44,495 nucleotides of DNA, from contig CAYJLK010000004.1 in assembly GCA_964371445.1 (NCBI GenBank), positions 1 through 44,495 of the forward strand. Direction: 5' to 3'. This DNA is from an uncultured Candidatus Saccharibacteria bacterium (lineage in GTDB: Bacteria > Patescibacteriota > Minisyncoccia > Phycocordibacterales > Phycocordibacteraceae). A program made the translations under genes and the position numbers. Position 1 is the stretch's first letter; every line of letters starts with the position of its first letter. Of the stretch, positions 28,231 to 37,025 are shown one piece after another. The notes under the pieces are model-generated. The model was not told the origin of the DNA and searched no databases. It saw nothing but the letters and a program-made list of their open reading frames with translations.

Positions 28231-29277
28231 ATGGCCTTCAAAAAAGCAAAAGAGAAAGTGCTGAAGTCGGTATCCGCAGCGAGTACGGATACTAGCGAAC
28301 GGCAAAAATCGATCGAGCAGGCGCTCAAAGAGATCCGCACCAAGTTCGGCGATGAAGCTATCACAACCTACGGTGCGGGCACGCCGCAGAAGATACCGAC
28401 CGTCGCGACAGGGTCTATCGGACTCGATGCGGCGCTCGGCGTCGGCGGTCTCCCGCGAGGACGCATCATCGAGATATTCGGTCCCGAGTCTTCCGGCAAG
28501 ACGACGCTGGCGCTCCACGTCATAGCCGAAGCGCAGAAAGCCGGCGGTATCGCGGCATTCGTCGATGCCGAACACGCGCTTGATCCTGAATACGCGCGAC
28601 GCATCGGTGTGAAGCTTACCGAACTTCTCATTTCCCAGCCGGATACCGGGGAGCAGGCGCTCGATATCGTCGAAAGCCTCGTCCGCAGCGGGAACGTCGA
28701 TGTTATCGTTATCGACTCAGTCGCGGCGCTCACCCCGAAGGATGAAATAGAGGGTGAAATGGGCCAACAACACATGGGTAAGCAGGCGCGGCTCATGAGC
28801 CAAGCGCTCAGGAAGCTGACTGCTATCGCGGCGCGAAGCAAGACCATCGTCATCTTCATCAACCAGATCCGCATGCAAATCGGCGTTATGTTCGGCAACC
28901 CGGAAACGACGCCGGGCGGCAAGGCGCTGAAGTTCTATACCTCGGTGCGCCTGGATATCCGCCGCATCGCTTCAATAAAGAAGGGCGAAGAGGTCGTGGG
29001 CGGGCGCGTGCGGGTGAAGGTGGTGAAGAACAAGGTTGCTGCGCCGTTTAAGACGACCGAGTTCGACCTCTTGTATAACGAAGGCATCAGCCGCGAAGGC
29101 GAGCTCATCGCACTTGGTGAGAAATATGACCTCGTTGCAAAGTCCGGCAATACGTACAAAATGGGCGAGACCAAGCTCGGCGTCGGCTACGACGCCTCGC
29201 GCACCTTCCTCCGCGATAATAAGGACGTCTCAAAAGAGCTCCTGAAACAAATCAAAGAGAAGCTCACGGTGAGTTAG
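28231..29277 (+). CDS. recA: Recombinase RecA
   Basis: [32 protein letters not shown] and GGKALKFY. Confidence 0.99.
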   Translation: MAFKKAKEKVLKSVSAASTDTSERQKSIEQALKEIRTKFGDEAITTYGAGTPQKIPTVATGSIGLDAALGVGGLPRGRIIEIFGPESSGKTTLALHVIAEAQKAGGIAAFVDAEHALDPEYARRIGVKLTELLISQPDTGEQALDIVESLVRSGNVDVIVIDSVAALTPKDEIEGEMGQQHMGKQARLMSQALRKLTAIAARSKTIVIFINQIRMQIGVMFGNPETTPGGKALKFYTSVRLDIRRIASIKKGEEVVGGRVRVKVVKNKVAAPFKTTEFDLLYNEGISREGELIALGEKYDLVAKSGNTYKMGETKLGVGYDASRTFLRDNKDVSKELLKQIKEKLTVS

Positions 29278-29603
29278 GCGCGAGAAGGAGTGAAGAAGCG
29301 GGCAATCTCGCGCGCGAGGAAGAGGAGTGAAGTGAGCGTGAGTACGACGAGCGCCTGCACGATGAGGCGTGTGTGTGTAAAGGCGTACCAGAGATACTCA
29401 ACGCGATCGAAAAGCCCGCCCGGCCCATTCTCGAATACCTTCGCCACCCAGACCTCCTTCCCGATTCCCCAGAGCCCGGCGACGCCGGCGAGTACGGCAA
29501 GTGTCACGGTCGATACAATAAGCAAAAGGATGCGGATGAGGCGCACGCGGCGCATCACGTTCTGTTCGATAGTCGTGGCTTCAATCATATTTTTGTTCAT
29601 CAT
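29274..29603 (-). CDS. Small two-TM protein, possible anti-sigma factor
   Basis: Overlaps the ECF sigma 3' end. Short cytoplasmic IEQNVMRRV helix, then two hydrophobic segments. Confidence 0.65.
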   Translation of the reverse strand: MMNKNMIEATTIEQNVMRRVRLIRILLLIVSTVTLAVLAGVAGLWGIGKEVWVAKVFENGPGGLFDRVEYLWYAFTHTRLIVQALVVLTLTSLLFLAREIARFFTPSRA

Positions 29604-30159
29604 ACGCCTCTTTAAATAATTTCTTGGCGCGGTGCACGCGCGTCTTCACCGCGGGTATCGAGAGCTGTTCTGCAGCCGCAATCTCCTCTTGGGTCTTGCC
29701 CTCGATAAACTGCAAGCGCAGTATCTTAGCGGCCGCCTCGGGGAGTTTGGCGAGCGCGGCAATGACTTCATTCCTGATCGAGAGGTCTTCGAGAAACTCT
29801 GCCCGTGAATCGGGGAGCGACTCGTAGTGCTCCGGCTCAAGCTGGACCGTCTTCTCCCACGTCTTGCGCTGCGCAGTGTACCTGGTATACGCGACGCGGT
29901 TGAGGATCGTGTACGCCCACGACGAGAAGCTCGCGCCTTCTTGTTCGTGATACTTGTCGGCATAGAGGTACATCTTGGTGAAGGCGTCCTGCACCGCCTC
30001 CTCGGCATCTTCAGGGCTCTTGAGTATCGTCTTCGCGCGTCGCAGAAGCGCTGCCTCGTAGCGGCGGACGAGGATGGAGAAGAGGTCCGGGTCCTGTCTC
30101 GAGCGCGCAAGCAGCTCCGCGTCCGTGAACGCTGACGAGTCCGCGGTTGAAAAAGCCAT
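29581..30159 (-). CDS. ECF-type RNA polymerase sigma factor
   Basis: Region 2 DAEEAVQDAF..FSSWAYTI and region 4 EGKTQEEIA..VKTRVHRAK. Confidence 0.93.
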   Translation of the reverse strand: MAFSTADSSAFTDAELLARSRQDPDLFSILVRRYEAALLRRAKTILKSPEDAEEAVQDAFTKMYLYADKYHEQEGASFSSWAYTILNRVAYTRYTAQRKTWEKTVQLEPEHYESLPDSRAEFLEDLSIRNEVIAALAKLPEAAAKILRLQFIEGKTQEEIAAAEQLSIPAVKTRVHRAKKLFKEAYDEQKYD

Positions 30160-30270
30160 AATGTCTGCTAGCATACACTAATCCGCCTTTGGCGGTACTT
30201 TTTATAACCGTTTGCTTGGGCTTTAGGTTCCCTGCCTGCTGCCTTCTGCTTACTGCTCACTTCTATAACT

Positions 30271-30846
30271 ATGGCCGTATTAAGCTACAACGAAATTCTC
30301 AAAGGATGCGTCATCGACTACAATGGCGAGCCGTACGAGGTGCTCTCGGCACACATCTTCCGCATGCAACAGAGGAAGCCGGTCAATCAGACCAAGCTCC
30401 GTCAACTCGTGGGCGGCAAGGTCCTCGAGATCTCCTTCCATCAGAATGAGACCGTTACTGAAGCGGATGTGGGTTCGATGCAGGCGCAGTATCTCTACAC
30501 CAATCGTGATGAGAGTTGGTTTGCTGAAGAAGGAAATGCGAAAAATCGTTTCTCGTTCCCTGAAGACTCGGTGCACGACAAGGTGCAGTGGTTGACCCCG
30601 AACAGCGTCGTGGATGTGCTCACGTATGAAGAAAAACCAATGACGATAAAAATCCCCGTAAAAGTGGAGTTGGAAGTAAAAGACGCGCCCCCGGCGGTCA
30701 AGGGCAACACCGTCTCAGGCGGCTCCAAGCTCGCCCTCTTGGTCACTGGCGCCAAGGTGAATGTCCCTCTCTTCATCAACTCGGGCGACATCATTAGAAT
30801 AAATACGGATACTGGAGAATATACGGAACGTGTAGAAAAAGCATAG
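30271..30846 (+). CDS. efp: Elongation factor P (atypical tip loop)
   Basis: QYLY, PPAVKGNTVSGGSK and VPLFINSGDIIRINTDTGEYTERV. Loop reads RMQQRKP instead of KPGKG. Confidence 0.93.
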   Translation: MAVLSYNEILKGCVIDYNGEPYEVLSAHIFRMQQRKPVNQTKLRQLVGGKVLEISFHQNETVTEADVGSMQAQYLYTNRDESWFAEEGNAKNRFSFPEDSVHDKVQWLTPNSVVDVLTYEEKPMTIKIPVKVELEVKDAPPAVKGNTVSGGSKLALLVTGAKVNVPLFINSGDIIRINTDTGEYTERVEKA

Positions 30847-30858
30847 GCAACCGTGCAA

Positions 30859-30890
30859 ACAAAAAGCCCCGCTTTCGCGGGGCTTTTTGT
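30859..30890. terminator. Bidirectional terminator between efp and rpsR
   Basis: ACAAAAAGCCCCGC-TTTC-GCGGGGCTTTTTGT between convergent genes. Confidence 0.88.
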
Positions 30891-31097
30891 TTATGCAGCG
30901 ATATAGGGCATGAGCGCCATGTAGCGCGCGCGCTTCACCGCTTGCATCACCTCGCGCTGCTTGCCCGCAGGAATGCCGGTGCGCTTCTTGGAAAGCATCT
31001 TTGCATGCGGATTGGTGAACAGCTTCAAATATGCGACATCCTTATAGTCGATAAATTTCTTGACTTCAATCTCTTCGCGTTCAGCTTGGTACGCCAT
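30891..31097 (-). CDS. rpsR: 30S ribosomal protein S18
   Basis: IDYKD..L..F, RTG..KQR..AVKRARYMALMPY. Confidence 0.96.
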   Translation of the reverse strand: MAYQAEREEIEVKKFIDYKDVAYLKLFTNPHAKMLSKKRTGIPAGKQREVMQAVKRARYMALMPYIAA

Positions 31098-31107
31098 ACT
31101 TCAATAA

Positions 31108-31554
31108 TTAAAAAGGAATATCCTCTGGATTAATCTCCTCGTCCGGATACTTGATCGCCTCGCCCTCGCTCGAAGCCGGCTGTTCATCGGCCCCTCGACT
31201 GGCGCTCGGAACGCCCCCGCCTTTGGCGTCCGCGCCGAACTGGAAATTATCCACGATGATCTCCGTGCGATAATTCTTCTTCCCGGTCTCCTTGTCGTCC
31301 CACGCGCGCGTCTGGAGGCGCCCTTCGACGAAGATCGGACGGCCCTTCTTCACGTATTGCGCGATGACTTCTGCGGTACGGCCGAATGCGACTACGTTGT
31401 GGAATTCGGTCGCCTCCTGCTTCGCGCCGCTCTTATCCTTGTAAGTACGGTTCGTCGCCATGCCGAAGTTCGCGACCTGACTGCCTGAAGGGAGCGCCTT
31501 CAGCTCAGGATCGCGCGTCAGATTGCCGTAGAGAAATACTTTGTTGAGATACAT
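31108..31554 (-). CDS. ssb: Single-stranded DNA-binding protein
   Basis: LNKVFLYGNLTRDPE, VEGRLQTRAW and C-terminal DIPF. Confidence 0.98.
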   Translation of the reverse strand: MYLNKVFLYGNLTRDPELKALPSGSQVANFGMATNRTYKDKSGAKQEATEFHNVVAFGRTAEVIAQYVKKGRPIFVEGRLQTRAWDDKETGKKNYRTEIIVDNFQFGADAKGGGVPSASRGADEQPASSEGEAIKYPDEEINPEDIPF

Positions 31555-31561
31555 GGTTCTA

Positions 31562-32053
31562 TTATACAACGACGTTCTCGAGCGCGGCGTCGAGCTCCGC
31601 TCCGGCAGCCGCTTCCGGATCCTCCGTGCGTTCCGGCGTCTTCATAGAAATCTCGCGCATCTCGACTGAGTGGCGAGCGGCATCCTTTGTTGTGAGGAGG
31701 TCGATGAAGCGGACGATATGCTTATTCGCGTTCGCTGCCGCAAGAATATCCGCGTGATTCGACGCAGATGCCTCATATACGATCCAAGAAAAGTACGCTG
31801 AATCGAAATCGCGGCGACCGGCGACCTCCTGGCGGGAGATTGTATAGGCGAGCTGGATCTTTTCAGGTTCGCCTTCAGCGACGAGCGTCCCCTTCTCGAG
31901 GATGCTCTCCCGTATCGCCTGGTAGGCTTTCTTCACCTCCTCGGTCGGGAGTTCAGGGTCGAGATGGAAGCCGAGCTCGTAGACGCGCGACTCGCCGCCA
32001 ACGTCATCAAGCGCCTCATCAGCGCGCATCTCTATATCCAGATCTTTCGCCAT
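31562..32053 (-). CDS. rpsF: 30S ribosomal protein S6 (acidic terminal extensions)
   Basis: VYELGF..P and LAYTI motifs; canonical rpsF-ssb-rpsR order. Confidence 0.9.
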   Translation of the reverse strand: MAKDLDIEMRADEALDDVGGESRVYELGFHLDPELPTEEVKKAYQAIRESILEKGTLVAEGEPEKIQLAYTISRQEVAGRRDFDSAYFSWIVYEASASNHADILAAANANKHIVRFIDLLTTKDAARHSVEMREISMKTPERTEDPEAAAGAELDAALENVVV

Positions 32054-32091
32054 AATTCCCGCATCCTAGCACGTGATTTTGACGCTCGCAA

Positions 32092-32225
32092 GCCCGGACA
32101 CTCATTTCGGCATTGCTTTCTTGTGTCATACGTACGGTGACTTTTCGGCTCTTTTAAAGCAGTCCGCGTCTTCCTGCTGATCTGCACAAAAAGCAATGAC
32201 ACGATGCCGAATTGAGTGTACGGGC
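32092..32225. repeat. ~134-nt MITE-like hairpin element, copy A (tatD-rpsF intergenic)
   Basis: GCCCGGACACTCATTTCGGCAT...ATGCCGAATTGAGTGTACGGGC inverted ends. Homologous to 14991-15128. Confidence 0.75.
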
Positions 32226-32247
32226 AAGGGCGGTTTTACGGGCGGAA

Positions 32248-33048
32248 TTAAGGCAATGCGAACATACGTCGCGCATTCTCTAGGAGCGCCATACGGACGG
32301 TTTCAAGGTCTTCACCGCGAATCTCTGCAATCTTCATGACAACTTCGACGGCGGCAAGCGGGTCATTCCGCGTCCCGCGACGAGAGAGGGGTGCGACGTA
32401 GGGGGCGTCGGTTTCTGAGAGGATACTCCCGAGCGTGACGGCCTTGATGACTGCATCATAGTCGCGGGCGAAGGTGATGACGGCCGTGAAGGAAAGCGTG
32501 AAGCCGAGCGCGATGAGTTCTCGCGCCTCTTCTACACCACCGACGAAGAAATGAATGTCCCCGCGCAAGCTTGGGTGCGCATGCTTCGCATCTTTCAGTA
32601 TCCCTATCAGATCATGATACGCATCCATCGTGCCCTTGCTCGGGCGGCAATGGATGACGAGCGGCTTATTGAGGTCAATAGCGAACGCGACGTGCTGTTT
32701 GAAAAGCTCTTTCTGTTTTTCTTTTATCTCTTCATTCACGTCAGCCGGGCGGAAGTAATCGAGCCCGCACTCCCCTATCGCAACGACCTTTGAGTTCTGT
32801 GCGAGCTCGCGAAACGCATCAGTATCGAATGACGCATCAGGCGCGTGGTTTGGGTGCAACCCGACTGAAGCGAACAAGTGCTCGTGCTTTTCTGCGAGCG
32901 AGAGCGCTTCCCTCGACGATTCGAGATCGACACCGACGACGATGCCGGCGACCCCCTCCTCGCGCATTCGTTCGATGAGTTCCGTGTCATCCTGCGCATA
33001 GTCGTCAAACTGCAGGTGACAGTGCGCGTCTATATATTTCACTGTCAT
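32248..33048 (-). CDS. tatD: TatD family metal-dependent nuclease
   Basis: IDAHCHL, VGLHP, IGECGLDY, IHCR and SETDAPY. Confidence 0.94.
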   Translation of the reverse strand: MTVKYIDAHCHLQFDDYAQDDTELIERMREEGVAGIVVGVDLESSREALSLAEKHEHLFASVGLHPNHAPDASFDTDAFRELAQNSKVVAIGECGLDYFRPADVNEEIKEKQKELFKQHVAFAIDLNKPLVIHCRPSKGTMDAYHDLIGILKDAKHAHPSLRGDIHFFVGGVEEARELIALGFTLSFTAVITFARDYDAVIKAVTLGSILSETDAPYVAPLSRRGTRNDPLAAVEVVMKIAEIRGEDLETVRMALLENARRMFALP

Positions 33049-34523
33049 AACCTCGGAAAGAGATTCTCGGGTTTTTTGTTTTCGCGAAATGCAGTCCGGA
33101 TCTTCTCGCTCGTAGCTGGCATAAACGGCTCAAGAAAGTTGGCAATTCGAAACGCGCGCCATACGAAATTGAGTATTTCTTCTTTCCCCTTTTTCGGATC
33201 CTCCTTTATCAAGTGATAAGGCTTTTTCTTTTGAATTAACTCGTCTCCAAAAGCGATAAATTTCCATATCTCATCCAAAGCATCGTTGAAACGAAACTCC
33301 CCGAGAAGAGTGTTTATTCTTGCTTGCCTGTCTTTCGCATCTGCTTCCAGAGTGTCACCCTGAAAGTTTTGGATCTCGTGAACATCCAGATTATCTTCTG
33401 ACATTTTCATCACACGCGCAATGAAATTTCCGAGACCGTTCGTGAGATTGGCGGTATAGTGGTCGTGGATAGCGTCCAGCGTGAGGTCGGAATCTTCAAA
33501 GGAGCTCGTGTGGCGCAGGAGTACATAGCGCACGGCATCGGTGCCATATTTCTCAACAAGGTCCAGCGGATTAATAACGTTACCGAGCGACTTGCTCATT
33601 TTCTGCCCCCCGCTTGTTATAAATCCTTGTATCAGAATTTGCTTTGATGGCGGCAGTCTTGCCGACATCAGCATCGCCTGCCACATAGCCGACTGCTGAC
33701 GAAGGTTATCTTTTCCACCAAGCTGCAACGCATTTGGATGCTCGTGGGTGCCCCAGAATTTCTCAAAATTCTGTGTGTCTTCAGGCCAGCCAAGCGTAGA
33801 GATATAGTTAACGAGAGCATCAAACCACACATACATAACGTGGTCTGGGTCACCGGGAACATCGATACCCCACGGCATTTTCTCTTTGAGCCGCGAAATA
33901 CTGAAATCCTGCAGTCCGCGTTCCACAAACAGGCGGACCTCGTTCAGCCGGAAGTCCGGGACGACAAAATCGGATCGCGCCGCATAAAGATCAAGGAGCG
34001 GTTGCTGGTACCGCGAGAAGCGGAAGAAATAGTTCTCCTCATCAATAATTTCCAGCTCGGCATTCGGATGAAGCGGACAATGCCCATCAACTAGTTCCGA
34101 ATCGGTCTTCTCGAGTTCGCAGCCGATACAGTATTTTATCTGGTAGTTCTTTTTGTAGATATCCGGTCCATCCGGTCCGATGTTCTTTTTGCATCTTTCC
34201 CAAAATTCCTGTGCCGCCTTCTCATGATGCTCATCGGTCGTCCGTATGAAATGCAGGTCGGGGTACAGTCCGAGTTTTTCTTTCAACAATCTAAATCTCG
34301 CCGCATATTCGTCTACATATGTCTGCGGTTCCACACCACGCTTCACTGCTTCCTGCCATAACTTCTGACCATGCTCATCCGTGCCGGTATTAAAGAAGAC
34401 CTCATTGTCCCCTGCATGCCACGAACGCGCAAGGACATCTGCTTTGAGTATTTCAAGCGCGAATCCGACGTGCGGATCCGCGTTCACGTACGGCAAGGTG
34501 GTGGTGAGATAGCGCGCACTCAT
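33045..34523 (-). CDS. metG: Methionyl-tRNA synthetase (short form)
   Basis: TTLPYVN, HVGF (HIGH variant), GTDEHGQK, YVWFDAL and KMSKSLGN. Confidence 0.96.
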   Translation of the reverse strand: MSARYLTTTLPYVNADPHVGFALEILKADVLARSWHAGDNEVFFNTGTDEHGQKLWQEAVKRGVEPQTYVDEYAARFRLLKEKLGLYPDLHFIRTTDEHHEKAAQEFWERCKKNIGPDGPDIYKKNYQIKYCIGCELEKTDSELVDGHCPLHPNAELEIIDEENYFFRFSRYQQPLLDLYAARSDFVVPDFRLNEVRLFVERGLQDFSISRLKEKMPWGIDVPGDPDHVMYVWFDALVNYISTLGWPEDTQNFEKFWGTHEHPNALQLGGKDNLRQQSAMWQAMLMSARLPPSKQILIQGFITSGGQKMSKSLGNVINPLDLVEKYGTDAVRYVLLRHTSSFEDSDLTLDAIHDHYTANLTNGLGNFIARVMKMSEDNLDVHEIQNFQGDTLEADAKDRQARINTLLGEFRFNDALDEIWKFIAFGDELIQKKKPYHLIKEDPKKGKEEILNFVWRAFRIANFLEPFMPATSEKIRTAFRENKKPENLFPRL

Positions 34524-34529
34524 GCTTGA

Positions 34530-35582
34530 TTATGTCTGCGCGTGATGCGCGCGGCGCTTCCGCTTATCGAAGTCAGTGATGAATTCGAGCAGGACTGCCG
34601 CGACGGGGACCGAGAGTACCGCCCCGAGGAATCCGGCGAGCGTGTAGCCCGCGATGAGTCCTACGATAACGAGAAGCGGCGGGATGCCGACGATCTTCTT
34701 CACGATGAGCGGATAGATGAGATTCGACTCGAATTGGTTCACGACGACATACAGTCCGGCGACGATAAAGCCGAGCGAGATGCCGCCGTCGGAATAGGCG
34801 ACGATGACTGCCACTGCCCCCGCTATGATGGAACCGAATACGGGGATGATTTCCGCCATCGCGGTAAAGACGGAGAGGAGGAGGGCGTACGGGATGCCGA
34901 TAATGAGCAGACCGAGATAGACGAGAATCCCGACGATGACTGAGAGGAGTACTTGCCCCTGCATCCAGAGACCGATTTTTTTCTGTGAACGCTTCCAGAG
35001 ATCGACATAATACTCTTCATACTTCACCGGCATCACAAGACGGATAAAGTCATCGACCCCCGTATCTTGAAGCGCAAAGTAGAACGAGAGCACGATGACG
35101 AGCATGAGCGAGAAGATGCCGCCGAAGAATGTGACGAAGAGTTGCAAGATGCTTGCCGAGCTTGACGTAAAGATATTTTGGAACGAGATTAGCGTCTGAA
35201 TAAATGACTGCGCCTGAGGCTGGCTACCGACCGCAGTCGTCGCGGTCGAAAACGGAGTAGTAACATTTATGGTGTCCAGGTATCGCGGCATCGCCGACAG
35301 GAAATTCGCGGCGTCGGCGATGATCGGCGGGAAAAAGAGATATAGAATCGAGAAGACCGAGCCGAAGACGAGCACATAGACGAACAGTGCGGCGACGAAG
35401 CGCGGCAAGTGCTGGCGTATGAAAAACGCTACCCCCGGTTCGATGGCCGAGGCGATGACGATTGCGGTCAAGACGAGGAGCGCGAGGTCGCGCAAAAGCC
35501 AGAAGATATACGCACCGGCGACAATAAGAAGAGCGGTAAATACGGTGCCCGCTGTGATAGAAACGCGTATCTCCTTATCCAT
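34530..35582 (-). CDS. AI-2E (PerM/UPF0118) family transporter
   Basis: WMQGQ, EIIPVFG, QFESNLIYP and GAVLSVP; multi-TM. Confidence 0.9.
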   Translation of the reverse strand: MDKEIRVSITAGTVFTALLIVAGAYIFWLLRDLALLVLTAIVIASAIEPGVAFFIRQHLPRFVAALFVYVLVFGSVFSILYLFFPPIIADAANFLSAMPRYLDTINVTTPFSTATTAVGSQPQAQSFIQTLISFQNIFTSSSASILQLFVTFFGGIFSLMLVIVLSFYFALQDTGVDDFIRLVMPVKYEEYYVDLWKRSQKKIGLWMQGQVLLSVIVGILVYLGLLIIGIPYALLLSVFTAMAEIIPVFGSIIAGAVAVIVAYSDGGISLGFIVAGLYVVVNQFESNLIYPLIVKKIVGIPPLLVIVGLIAGYTLAGFLGAVLSVPVAAVLLEFITDFDKRKRRAHHAQT

Positions 35583-35625
35583 TATTGGAATCCTAACATA
35601 CCCGCCGACAGCAGGCAGGTGTCTC

Positions 35626-36993
35626 CTATTCGATAGCGGAGCGGATGCGCTCGGCCACTTCAGCGACCGAGAGGCGCTCCTGAGAGCCCGAGTCGCGGTG
35701 GCGGAGGGTAACAGTATCTTTTAATTCAGGGGATTCGCCGAGAGTGTCGAAGTCAATCGTGATGCAAAACGGCGTGCCAATCTCGTCCTGCCGGCGGTAC
35801 CGCTTGCCGATGTTGCCGTTGTCGTCCCAGGCGATAGCCGGATGTATCTTCTGCAGCTCGACACGCACCTCGCGCGCCTTCGCTACGAGCTCGGGTTTGT
35901 TTTTCAACAGCGGCGAGACCATCGCCTTGACCGGCGCGATCTTCGGCGCGAGTGCGAGATACATGCGCGTCTCCTCGCCCATCATATCTTCGCGGTACGC
36001 ACTCGTGAGTATGGCGAGAATCGTGCGATCAACGCCCAAGGACGGCTCGATGACGTGCGGGATAAACTTCTCTTTCGTCTCTTCGTCGAGGTACGTGAGC
36101 TCATTTCCAGATGCCTCCGCATGCGCGGAAAGATCGAAATCAGTGCGATACGCAAGACCCCAGAGCTCGTCGCGCTTCGAGGGGAAATCAAACAGAAAAT
36201 CAATCGTACGTTTCGAGTAGTGCGCGCGGTCTTCAGCAGGCACTTCAAGCTCGTGTATCGAGTCTTGCGGAATGCCGACCGCTTCAGCGAAGAGGTGCAA
36301 CATTTTTCGCCACTCCTCGAACGCCTGTTCCCACTCGGACGGCTGTATAAAATATTCGATCTCCATCTGCGAGAACTCGCGCGAACGGAAAACGAAGTCA
36401 CGCGGGGCTATCTCGTTCCGAAAGGCCTTCCCTATCTGTGCTATGCCGAACGGGAGCTTCGGATGCTGGGAATCAACGACATTCTTGAAGTTCGTGAAGA
36501 TGCCGCCAGCCGTCTCCGGGCGTAGATATACCGTTGCTGACTCATTTTCCGCTGCGCCCGCGTGCGTTTTGAACATCATGTTGAACTGGCGTGGCTCATA
36601 GTCATTTTCTGACTTACAACTTCCACATATCCATGTTTTATCAGCATCGATTACCTTGCCCGTCGAATCTTTTTTGAACTCAACGTGATCCCCACGAAAA
36701 CGTAGCCCGCATTTTTTGCACGTCACAAGAGGATCGGAGAAGCCGGCGACGTGACCCGAGGCCTCCCAGATCTTTGGATTCATCAAAATGGCGGCATCGA
36801 CACCATACATATCATCGCGAGAGTCGCGGAACATCTGGAGCCAGAGGCGCTCCACGTTTTCCTTCAATCGGACGCCCATCGGGCCGTAATCGAACGTGCC
36901 GGCGAGACCGCCATATATCTCGGAACCCGGGAATACGAAGCCGCGGCGCTTCGCGAGTGAGACGATCTTTTCCATCAGGTTCTGGTCAGTCAT
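35626..36993 (-). CDS. glyQS: Glycyl-tRNA synthetase, homodimeric alpha2 type
   Basis: KRRGF, DYGPMG, LRPETA, GKAFRNEI, PHVIEPSLG and IGKRYRRQDEIGTP. Start at MTDQN, 6 nt after TACAGT. Confidence 0.96.
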   Translation of the reverse strand: MTDQNLMEKIVSLAKRRGFVFPGSEIYGGLAGTFDYGPMGVRLKENVERLWLQMFRDSRDDMYGVDAAILMNPKIWEASGHVAGFSDPLVTCKKCGLRFRGDHVEFKKDSTGKVIDADKTWICGSCKSENDYEPRQFNMMFKTHAGAAENESATVYLRPETAGGIFTNFKNVVDSQHPKLPFGIAQIGKAFRNEIAPRDFVFRSREFSQMEIEYFIQPSEWEQAFEEWRKMLHLFAEAVGIPQDSIHELEVPAEDRAHYSKRTIDFLFDFPSKRDELWGLAYRTDFDLSAHAEASGNELTYLDEETKEKFIPHVIEPSLGVDRTILAILTSAYREDMMGEETRMYLALAPKIAPVKAMVSPLLKNKPELVAKAREVRVELQKIHPAIAWDDNGNIGKRYRRQDEIGTPFCITIDFDTLGESPELKDTVTLRHRDSGSQERLSVAEVAERIRSAIE

Positions 36994-37025
36994 ATTGCTA
37001 CTGTACGCCAAAAGGATACGAAATC

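Noticed and set aside
30846-30891. Absence of rplI after rpsR, and of rplKA/rpoB around rplJL
   Set aside because: Gene loss cannot be inferred from one window, and dispersed ribosomal operons are common in this group.
32092-32225. 6S RNA or integron attC identity for the long hairpin
   Set aside because: It is short for 6S, and a homologous copy lies in the 23S leader in the opposite orientation. The ends lack RYYYAAC/GTTRRRY and no integrase is present.
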